51,871 bases of DNA from Perkinsus chesapeaki ATCC PRA-425 (Eukaryota; Protista; Perkinsozoa): assembly GCA_013115145.1 (NCBI GenBank), contig JAAPAO010000215.1:1-51871 (forward strand), given 5' to 3'. The translations under genes were made by a program, and so were the position numbers. The notes under the pieces are model-generated. The model saw only the letters and a list, made by a program, of their open reading frames with translations, did not search any database and had not been told where the DNA came from. Below are positions 34,968-44,557 of the stretch, one piece after another (the stretch's first letter is position 1; every line of letters begins with the position of its first letter).

Positions 34968-36083
34968 ATGTTTATCTTTTATTGCTCTCTGCTCACAGTG
35001 GCTCTAGCGTATGACGCTTGCAGCTGTAATGAACATGGTGAGGGCTTTAGCATACCCATTAAACAAGTCTCTGACAAGTATGGGTCGTCCTTGAGTACGG
35101 TCACTGTGAGACTGAATGGCCAGACTCTGCATCCTTTCCTGGACACTGGTGCCTCGGGAACACTCATTCCTCATCTAGAAAGTTTCGGCACTGATGCGTG
35201 CAAGGATTATCCCTATGGTTGTCTCAGCTGTGAAGCAGATTCGTGCGCTGAGGGTGAAAAGGAAACTGTTGTGTACCCTGGAAACTGCAAGGGAACATTT
35301 GTCACTCGAATTGGCTCTTTAGAAGTGGGAAGCGCTTCAGTTCTGCACTTCCGCTATGGCTTGCTGGTATCTTGGACGAAAGGTTGCCCCATGCTTTTTC
35401 CTTGTGCAATCGGCCTCGAGGCTCCGCTTGACTCTCGTAGTAAGAAAAAAGACTTTTTGTATCAAATAGTGTACGGTGGTATCATCAACAATATTGTATT
35501 GTCTTTGGACATAGCCTCAGACTCGAAGGCTATGATCGTTGGTGGCGGTGTTGGTACACCTGATGTCTTATTCAAAACTACAGAGAAGGGCAGATGGTCT
35601 ACAGCCATCACCTCGTGCATTGCTTCGGGGAATAAGAAGTACTTCCCCATAAAAGTGGGTTCCCCGCCTATCAGTGTCCAGTTCGACATGGGCTCGTCAT
35701 ATATTTCTGGGCCCTTAAGTCCTGTTAAACAGATCATGGACGCGATCGGAGATATACTAGGTTTACGAGTTGGTGTTGGCATCTACAAGTATTCCCCAAC
35801 CAAGGAGTCGACTTCTTATTATGTAACTGACTGCTCGGTATTGCACTTGGATGACCACAAAGACACGTGGATAGGATTTGAGCTTGATCTGCCGTCTAAA
35901 TATACTGCTAGGGTTTTCCTAGCAGATCTGGTAACAGAGTACAAGAAGTCCTGCTTCTTCAACCTCCGCAGCAGAGGGTCACTATCAGAGTTCGACTGGA
36001 CCTTCGGCCAGCCTTTCTTCAAAGCTCATAAGGTTCGACTATATTACGAAACCTTTGTGGTTGGATTGACCGAGCACCAGTAA
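34968..36083 (+). CDS. Secreted pepsin-like aspartic protease (A1), intronless; second catalytic motif atypical (DMG)
   Basis: Signal peptide; FLDTGASGT; flap-like VVYPG; second lobe VQFDMGSSYISGP; C-terminal WTFGQPFF. Confidence 0.85.
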   Translation: MFIFYCSLLTVALAYDACSCNEHGEGFSIPIKQVSDKYGSSLSTVTVRLNGQTLHPFLDTGASGTLIPHLESFGTDACKDYPYGCLSCEADSCAEGEKETVVYPGNCKGTFVTRIGSLEVGSASVLHFRYGLLVSWTKGCPMLFPCAIGLEAPLDSRSKKKDFLYQIVYGGIINNIVLSLDIASDSKAMIVGGGVGTPDVLFKTTEKGRWSTAITSCIASGNKKYFPIKVGSPPISVQFDMGSSYISGPLSPVKQIMDAIGDILGLRVGVGIYKYSPTKESTSYYVTDCSVLHLDDHKDTWIGFELDLPSKYTARVFLADLVTEYKKSCFFNLRSRGSLSEFDWTFGQPFFKAHKVRLYYETFVVGLTEHQ

Positions 36084-36900
36084 ACTCATGACGATTCATT
36101 CGGCGATATGTCCGGTATATGTACGGATTTCGGCGTTTATTGCTGTCTACAATCTTGTTTGATCTATGTCTATTGTCAGAGTATGACTACCGGGGTTCAC
36201 GACTAGCCAAAGTAGTTGGGAATCTCCTTCTTCTCGTCTTAGGCTAATAAAGTTTTGTTGAGACCCACACCATAATGGTGTTCATTCGGGTTGAGCTATT
36301 CTGCGATTTTGATAATGCTCATTCGCTGCAGAAACTGTGGTTGGTTACCTCTGCGATACAGAGACAGTATCATTATTCGAGCTTTTTACAATCGCGCAAG
36401 CGGTCTATACGGCTGGAGTTATGAACTATGACTTGTACTCGATGGTTTCCACCGTCATTCATACTCTTTTGTTCGGTAGTCTATCACACTATGTCTTTGC
36501 ACGTCCAACGAAGCGGCCACGCCTGACGTCTATCGTACTGAAACCAATATTGATTGCGAGGTGTATGCGCACACCGAAGGACTAGTGTTCAGGACATGCC
36601 CGCCCTGGCCGGCGAAACGGCCTTAGTCTAGCCTACGGCCCCTGCTCATACTGTTACGCTACAATTGGGTTTTTGTTAAAAGGGGGCCCCCCGAGCGTCC
36701 TGCATGGAGCCCCTTAGTCTTCGCAGCCCGCTCGGGTTTTTGGCACCCAACCATGTACACCACCAGTTCCCATGCATATCCTATGTAGTTGCGTTAGTCC
36801 AAGAACACTAGTTTCTGCGATTATCGCTCAATTCTCGCAGTGACTCTGAAACCGAGGCAAAATCGGGCCTCAAGCGCGAAAGAGACTTCTGAAAGGGATA

Positions 36901-36979
36901 GATGCTTGCCAAGTAGAGTTCGTTGACTTTGTCAAGGCTATTGAAGCTTCGTATCATGATCCCAACGCGCCACGATAGG
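36901..36979 (+). pseudogene. Diverged remnant of the EFHC last exon
   Basis: Encodes DACQVEFVDFVKAIEASYHDPNAPR* versus DLCQVKFVDFVKAVVASYHDLNAPR* at 33492-33569. No upstream EFHC exons; in-frame stop at 36847. Confidence 0.75.
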
Positions 36980-37206
36980 CTGGCGCGTTTTTGGAACTTC
37001 CAAATTGGGAGCCATGCCAGACTCGGGCTGATAAGCACTGCTACTCCCTGTCAGTCCTTAGCATGATTATTACTATCATATCTAGTAGTATTATTAGCAT
37101 ATCCATTACGATGGATACTTTTTTCATTGAACGGTGACTTCATCGGAGATACTTACCCTAGCTCTTAAATTCTCAGCTCTCAGTTCGGTACGGTTTGATA
37201 CTTCTT

Positions 37207-37992
37207 ATGAGTAGCATTACGGTTAAAGTGCAAATCGTTCATCGCGGTGGTGGTACGGGAAGCTTCCTCAAGATGATAATGAATGAGTCTGATACTACAG
37301 AGGTCATTCGAAACAGGCTTGTTGATCAGCTCAAGTAGGTTCGGCTAACAGCTTATCTCCTGTCTCTCATATGATCTCGTTTTCAGAATGGATGCTGCCA
37401 TAGATCATTCCAGCAGCATCCAGCTGATCATCGATGGCCATCTAGTGCCCGAGGACAGCATACCCTCGGTGGACTTCGGACTGCGTGATGGAAGCACGAT
37501 AGTTGCAGTGGTGCCCGTCAATGAAGTGTCTGCATACCGTAGAGTCTGCGCAAGCCTGTAGGAATTATTTCTCCTTGGTCATATTTATGCTGAAGGTGTT
37601 CCTTTTTGTACGAGATCGTAAAGATACTGCGAAGCTTTTTCGAACTGTTGAGGGGATCGATGGCCTCATTTTGGATGGACCCGTGGGCGCTGGTGTGTTG
37701 CCGACTCGCCACTTCGCTGAACGTTACCAGTCAGGTACGGCCGAAAGAGTATTACTCGACAGCCGCACAACACGTCGACATCACCCCGACAGCTAGAGCA
37801 CAGTAGGGCTTTGCCGAAGGAACAATGTGGCTTCAATCCCCCTGTCGTGATCCTAGTTATTCAGACACGCACCTGGGCAAAATCCTAATGGGGAAGACTT
37901 GTCCCATTGGATGCTACAAGGAATGGCGGGAATGGGCTGATAATGCTGTCCATGAGTTTCTGAGAACGAATAATGTTGCGCTGCATTGCTAA
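37207..37992 (+). CDS. Ubiquitin-like (UBL) domain protein with C-terminal amphipathic/Cys-containing region, 4 predicted exons
   Basis: MSSITVKVQIVHRGG..SFLKMIMNESDTTEVIRNRLVDQLK / IQLIIDGHLVPEDSIPSVDFGLRDGSTIVAVV resembles a beta-grasp UBL pattern. Introns 37335-37386, 37558-37595 and about 37735-37806 keep one frame to TAA 37990-37992. Not detected as one ORF in the track. Confidence 0.65.
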
Positions 37993-38099
37993 TCGGAACG
38001 TAAGAGTCCCACGTAAGATTGACAGCACAAAAGCATCCCTAGGACAATAAACGAGATAACAGTACCCATTACACTACTTGTGATTAAATAACGCGATCC

Positions 38100-38270
38100 C
38101 TCGCAATGACTTTTGGGAAAGTAGAGGGTGGGAAGTACTACCGTAAGATAAGAGGCCATAAAATCAGAACTCAGAGTCCACAAGAGATGTTGTTCGGCTA
38201 AATTATAAGCGCTGAGAGTGAATCCCGAAGACATGGACACCACATCTACCTCCAAGTCGATGGCCATTTC
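38100..38270 (-). pseudogene. Subtilisin fragment; internal-deletion derivative of the copy B region
   Basis: 38178-38270 encodes MAIDLEVDVVSMSSGFTLSAYNLAEQHLLW (homologous to 39446-39540). It joins directly to TCAGAACTCAGAGTCC, which recurs at 38825-38840, 3' of copy B. Confidence 0.8.
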
Positions 38271-38941
38271 ACAAACGATAGTCCATGTGATTCACAACTG
38301 GCTTTTGATCTCTCAGTGTTTGCCACCTATCTGCCCGTCGCCTCCAGTACGCTACATGAATAACAGTTTGATGTGTTCTAAATCAACGAAAGCGGATTAA
38401 CAGGTTAGATAGACCGTATGAAAATCTAAAATGCTCTGATGAAGCTAGGTCACAATATTAGCGTTTCCACTTCCTTAAGAAGTGAATCATCGTTGCCAAA
38501 CCGCCACCAGACTCCGGTGACCGGAGTGGCACTACTTAAGAGTAACTCTTTCGTTTCCCTCTGGCATGTGAAAGGCAATGCGAAGCTTCAACGTAGATGT
38601 GTACATAAAAGCGAACAGTTAACAACGAACCCTCTCCACGTACTCACGAAATTTGCACTTTGTGAATGACCAATTCACAAAGCGACAAATGTCAATGAGT
38701 GCACGAGCCTAAGTAATGGCACCTTCTCTTGAGTATTTCCACTTGAATAACGCAACACTTGAGAGCACATTCCCGGAAGTGATCGGTGAGGATAACTATG
38801 TGAGGTAGAATACCGTAAAAGCCATCAGAACTCAGAGTCCTGTAGTCACTTACGGACATTTGATTATACTACTTGTGAGTATTCAAATTAGTGGGTGCGA
38901 AAGTCTCGACAAAACTAGGGATTAAGTGAAGATAACCCAAG

Positions 38942-40003
38942 TTACTCTCCGAAACCAACCTCACTGGTGCTCCGGAGTGAACGCGGTTTAATGAGACTAA
39001 TAGCATGTTTAATAGTACTTAATGGATCTAATGCTCCTCCTCGAATGGTCTGAGGAAGGAGATGAGGGAACAGACATGAGACGGGCTTGACATTAGCCAA
39101 CATCAAGCGCTTAATCATCTTCACCTCAACATCCATCGAAAGAAGGATTGCGGCGACCCCAGCAATGATCGGCGTTGCATAAGACGAGCCATTAGAATAA
39201 GTTAATTCTCCAGCGGCATCTCGTCCAGTAAAAATATTCGTACCATATGTAGCGACATCAACTCTTTCACCCCAATTAGAGAAACTTCTTAGTACATTAT
39301 GAGTCCTGTTATCCTCTAGATAGGCTACACAAATACCAAGGGGGCCGCCGAACCAACAAGGGTAAAGGTCCGATGCCCTCGTCATTTCATTACCGGCTGA
39401 AGATACAAGTAGAATACCATGCTGCTGAGCAGTAAGCAGTGCATTCCACAAGAGATGCTGTTCAGTTTGATTATAACGGCTGAGCGTGAAGGCGAAAGAC
39501 ATGGACACCACATCTACCTCCAAATCAATGGCCATTTCAATAGCAGCTAGAAAATAAGGGAAGGAAACGGTCCCATCATAATCGATTACTTGCAATGGTA
39601 TGAGAGTAACATCAGGAGCAACACCAACCATACCATATGAGTTGTTACCCTTGGCAGCCAGTATCTTGCATACATTCGTGCCATGCCTGTTAACAGTTGT
39701 CATATCCGGCGAGTTGGTGAAGAAGTTCCATCCGCCATCCAGATAACCCCCACTCTTCTTCTTAACAGTTTCCTTTAAAGAAGCAAAATCTTCATCTGTC
39801 CAGTCAATACCAGAATCGAGCACAGCCACCTTCACCTTTCGTCTAACATATGGACGTGAGATGCGCCAGACCTCTCCCATTTGTAACCACTCCAAATGCC
39901 TCTGGTAATGAGCATCAGGATCATTCACATGTAAAGAAGTATCAGACGAGGAATCAGTAGCTCCAGCATGCAAGGCGAATAGAAAGATAGAGAGGATGAA
40001 CAT
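38942..40003 (-). CDS. Secreted subtilisin-like serine protease (S8), copy B, intronless
   Basis: MFILSIFLFALHAGA; VAVLDSG / RHGTNVC / NGSSYATP; SSAGN. Near-identical to copy A in its 5' 430 nt. Confidence 0.92.
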   Translation of the reverse strand: MFILSIFLFALHAGATDSSSDTSLHVNDPDAHYQRHLEWLQMGEVWRISRPYVRRKVKVAVLDSGIDWTDEDFASLKETVKKKSGGYLDGGWNFFTNSPDMTTVNRHGTNVCKILAAKGNNSYGMVGVAPDVTLIPLQVIDYDGTVSFPYFLAAIEMAIDLEVDVVSMSFAFTLSRYNQTEQHLLWNALLTAQQHGILLVSSAGNEMTRASDLYPCWFGGPLGICVAYLEDNRTHNVLRSFSNWGERVDVATYGTNIFTGRDAAGELTYSNGSSYATPIIAGVAAILLSMDVEVKMIKRLMLANVKPVSCLFPHLLPQTIRGGALDPLSTIKHAISLIKPRSLRSTSEVGFGE

Positions 40004-40469
40004 TGATGTAAATAAACTAAGAGTCGAGTTACTTGAGTACGAGGTGACCCAAGGAACAGGATATCGGTTCTTTGGCATCGTGACTTAGGAGCAGTCTAAT
40101 GCTAACGAGAGCTCTTAGGAGACGGGGTGACAGCTATGCTGGGAGACTGGAGCCTGCGTCACTACCCGTGACCTACGATATTGCTGTCACGTCTCTTCTC
40201 GACGCTGATGCTAGTCACTCAACTGGGAAGATAGGAACGTTTGTTCACCTCTAACGTTCAACCTCGATATCAGACAAGACCCCCTCGTGGCGGTTCTCTA
40301 CAACGAAGGCCGATCTCTGTCCATACATGAGCTCTCGAGAGGGATCTCCAAGTATAGGTAACGGCATTCTTCTCAGCTAACTGATAACGACCTTATTGCC
40401 ACAAATAGCACTTTACAGCCTTGTGCCCCCTAAACACTCTTGGCTCCTTTGATCACACTGAAGGAGCGG

Positions 40470-40650
40470 GGAACTGCCCCGAAGTCATTTGGCGAGTCTG
40501 ATACAACAGAGGTCATTTGGAGCAAACAGGTTAGCCAGATCAAGTGAGGCTGGCTACCAGCTCATCTCCCCCATGTAGTCTTATTTCTATAATCCATGTT
40601 ACCAAGGAGCTTTCAAGCAGCATCCAACTGATCTTCAGGGTAGCCCATGC
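40470..40650 (+). pseudogene. Third, degenerate copy of the ubiquitin-like gene
   Basis: GAGTCTGATACAACAGAGGTCATT (ESDTTEVI), a donor after ATCAA|GTGAGG, and AGCAGCATCCAACTGATC (SSIQLI) match the 37207 gene. No intact start or acceptor found. Confidence 0.6.
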
Positions 40651-41551
40651 ATACCGTCGGATCTCCTCACACAAGTAGTTTTTGTTTTTCGTTCACTGGT
40701 ACTACGGAATCTTCCGACTTACCGAAGACAAGACACAAGCAGGATCGGTCGCTGTTCAGCTGCTCCTTGGCAGAACTTTTCACTAGCATTTTACCTTTAT
40801 GAGAGCGATCAGCATCTTGACTTCCGCTGAGCGGAACTCGTGAACTTCGTCAAGGGCCTTGACTCAAGGCCATTGCAGGTCCCTATCTCAACGTGTGACG
40901 GTATCCTTTACAAGGCCAAGCGTTTGGCAGGCTAGCCAGGCTGGCAGGACCTCCTCGTCCTCATCGCGCTTACACTCGGAGGAGATTACTAGTATGGTGT
41001 TCTCGCGTTCGTCTGAATAACACGTAGAGACGCCAGCGGGCATTTCGCTAAAGTTATCAGTGATAACTTATCACTCACGCTGGTTGACCCGAAGCGACAC
41101 CCGACTTCGCATTGACAGTCTGCTACGTACAAGTTTGGGTCATCTCCCGTTCGATCTGGCCTTCCTGACCAGTAATACCGAAGTGTCAACTCCTCGTTAC
41201 CTCGGTGTTCAATACGAGACGCACTACACGCTGAAGGTGTTGAACGGACAGTCCTGAGTCTCTGATGTGGACCACCTTGCCGTATTTCTTTGAGTATTCG
41301 ACTCGAGCAGTTCTCTTCGCCTTTTCACTAAGTTACACTTCTAATGTCTACGAGTAACCTTTGGGCTATATGGCAGTTGGTCCTCAGCCGCCGACGAGCG
41401 GCGAGCTCGTCCTAGATTGGCAGGTGGTTCGGACTGTGCCGTCAGGTGGCGCGGAGGACGGGCGAGTTGAGTTACTTAGCGAACACGACACACGATGATA
41501 GAAAAAGTAAAACTGATCTGCTGGTCCAGAGCTGGTAAGATTCAACATGGT

Positions 41552-44277
41552 CTACAAAGAAAGGCTTCCTTCCCTAAAGTCACTGCTGGCCAGCATGGCA
41601 TTAACCAGCACTGGGCCACGGGACTCCAATGCCGCCTGAGACGAGCCCCTGCATGACACGCAGAGGGAAAGAGTTCCCCTACCCTCCGAGCGGTGATGAG
41701 GGTCTCCTCGATATCCTCGTCTCTTTCCAATAGGAAGCTGATGTTTCCGCTGTAGCCTTCAGCTGCGGTGTGATAATTAACATGGGAGCCTAATGATTGG
41801 ACAGACAGGAAAGATGCGGGCAGGAGGAGGAAGAGGTCGACTCACCTAGTACGGCTGCTACTGGATCCTTGAGTAATCTCACTTGGTCGCGGTACCTGAC
41901 AACAGAGATGAACGAAGAGGGACGGGAAGGCGTACATCTGATTCCACTTCCCATCGTTGCCGACAATAGCAACGCAGGGGACTCTGTGGCGGGCCATGGT
42001 CTCGAACTCGGCCAGGGACCATCCAACGCTGCCGTCACCCCAAAGCAACCACACCGGCTCCTTGGCGTATTCCCCTGAAAGATGCATACTGCGATGACAG
42101 CTATCCGAGAGACCAACTCACCTGCCAGCACACCAGCAGCCACGGCGAAGCCGCCACCGACGCCGAGGGTCCCGAATACTCCTGGGTCCAGCCAGCCCAG
42201 AGCCCTTACGGGCCGCACGCAATATCTGGAGGAAGCGCTAACACAAGAGACAAGAGAGATTCTCACGATGCAGTTCCAACAAAATCTCCGCCGTCAGCCA
42301 CAATCGTCGCCTCGGTTCCCCACTCTTGGAGCAGCTTATCCAAAGCCTTCAGCAAGCGTACTGGACTGACCCGGCCTTCCTGTGTCGAATGCTTCGAACC
42401 TGAACCCACTGTCAGCTAGAAAATCAGTACCCGGTTTAGAGCACCCTGGGCTGCAATCTCCTTCTCTCGTTTGGCCTCCCTCTCCCTGCACGTGGTGATC
42501 CATTGCGATCTAACAACTTGATGTGGTCGACGTGATTCCACCAGCGACAGGTCTCGTAAGAACTGACTTGGGCATGCGTGGATGTACCTGTCAGAGCTCC
42601 GTCCTGTAAAGGGGCGAGTAACGTGTGTACTGTGTGGCGGCTCGAAGGTCTTTGTTTTTTAACAAGATGTCCTTGTTACTGTTGCATACAATAAGCGTGG
42701 CCTTTGGGTTCACACTTCTACCGTAGTTCAAGCGAAAGTCCAGCGGAGTGCCTGCCACCAGCTAGCGGCTCGGTGGCCGTGGTGTTGTTTATACCAGCAA
42801 TGATGACGAAATCAGCCTCCTTCAAAGCACTGCTGCGCATATGCATCATTTGGACGCTCTCTCCAGACTTCCTACCAAAGAGGCCTCGACACATCCCAGA
42901 CACCCACACGGGTATCTAAGTAATCATGACAGGTGACTGGGGATTGAAGTTGCCGACCTCCAGCGAGACAAGGGCCGCTCGGAGCTCCTCTATGTGGGCT
43001 ACATCCTGGGCGGCCTGTGATCCGACTACAATGACCTATGATGTGAACAGGAGATGGTGATAGCAGCTCTACAGGTTACCGGTCGTCTTGACTTCTCTAG
43101 GAGGGCTGCCACTTTCTCCGCTACGCTGAGTGCTACCGCCGGCCTCGAGACCTTATTCATAGTGTGGGAGCTCGACGAGGGTAGAGCGATCGCTGGTAGT
43201 CGGAAACAATGATCGGGAAGGAGTAAGGGCACGGGACGTACTCTTTGAAGTGGATTGGAAGTACTTGCCGAACATTGAGTTAACATACCGATCGAGATAC
43301 CACCGCTGGAGGCGTCCCGACAGACCTCTGGCTCCACTGCTGGATGATGCTATCACTGAAACGGAGACGTGAAGCATACCGAGGCAAAGGCCATTGTTAC
43401 TTGACTCAGCCATCGTTCTCGGCCATAGGACATCTAAAGGGAACTCTAGCAGGACTGGGCCAGGACAGGGGTTGTAACTTAAGGACTTCGGTGTACGATA
43501 GGGACCAGAGAGACACAGCAACACCTGGCTGCCGTTGTGGCCACTTCCAACATCGTAGGTATTATATCGCTGACGCACTTTAGTGAAGCCTGCTGTTTAA
43601 CGGTAGATTTAACCTGACCAGTAGTAGTAGGCGGTCACTGTTTGAGGCAGGCTGACCAGAGCCTGTTGGTCTATGTCCTGGAGGCTGCCCCTGCCCTTCA
43701 ATAGCATTGATGTTGCACCAACTAGGACTATCTGAGGGCAAATGGTGACTGGGAAAAGCTTAAATACCTACAATGGGGACCTCTGCCATCTTGGCATTTA
43801 CAATAGCCGTTATTGAGTTGGTAAGGCCCGGCCCAGCCGTCACGGCACATACCCCCTGAGAGGCAATGCCAGGAGAGTGGATGAGGACGCCTCACTATGT
43901 TGCTCGTGAGCCTCGCGTAGGCGTCTGCCGCGAAAACTGCCGCCTTCTCGTCCCTCATCTGACCAACAGGCATCAAGCACTTCGCCGTCATCGCAGTGCT
44001 CACATCAACCACTTTGATACCGACTGCGTTGCAGCCGACTAGTATTGGAGATATGTGGCCTCCTGTTAACGTGAAAATATGGCTCACGCCAAGAGCACGT
44101 ATAGCAAGGGCCACCAGGATGCCTGACTCAGGATCAGGAGCAATAAAGTGCTAATAAGGGTTGATGCAAGGGTTGCCTACCGCCGTGCTGGTGCTGTTGA
44201 GGTATGTCCGCTGGGGAGCTCCATGCTGGAGGACTGCCCGCCACATGAGCGGCAATGGTGGACAATCGCGATGCCAT
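41552..44277 (-). CDS. ILVBL: Acetolactate synthase-like TPP enzyme (ILVBL / 2-hydroxyacyl-CoA lyase-like), multi-exon
   Basis: [58 protein letters not shown] motif [38 protein letters not shown]-terminus [21 protein letters not shown]. Confidence 0.88.
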
Positions 44278-44557
44278 GGTACGGCTAAGGTCATCGAGGT
44301 TACACTCCTTCAACACAAAACTTGACAGAGCAAAGTAATAGTACTAAACATACTGAGGAAAAAGGAGACAACTCATTCCGAAGGCTGCGACTGTGAGGTA
44401 GCTGTCCGCTTCTCCTTGCGGGTAAGGGAACCTAATATACTACCTACAACGACGCCTATAGGAGGAATTGCTACCGGCCTCTAGCTGGGTCAGCTCTAGT
44501 GTACTTCGGCCCTTCTCATCTGGACTGGCGGTTTCTGAGAATTGGAGATGGTAGTTG

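Noticed and set aside
36605-36660. CGAAAC hairpin as a possible hammerhead ribozyme
   Set aside because: No CTGANGA core in a compatible position.
160-37992. Apparent ubiquitin theme (F-box, RINGv, LITAF array, UBL) as one functional cluster
   Set aside because: The genes are interspersed with unrelated housekeeping genes, and these families are large in eukaryotes, so co-occurrence in 38 kb is not evidence of a cluster.
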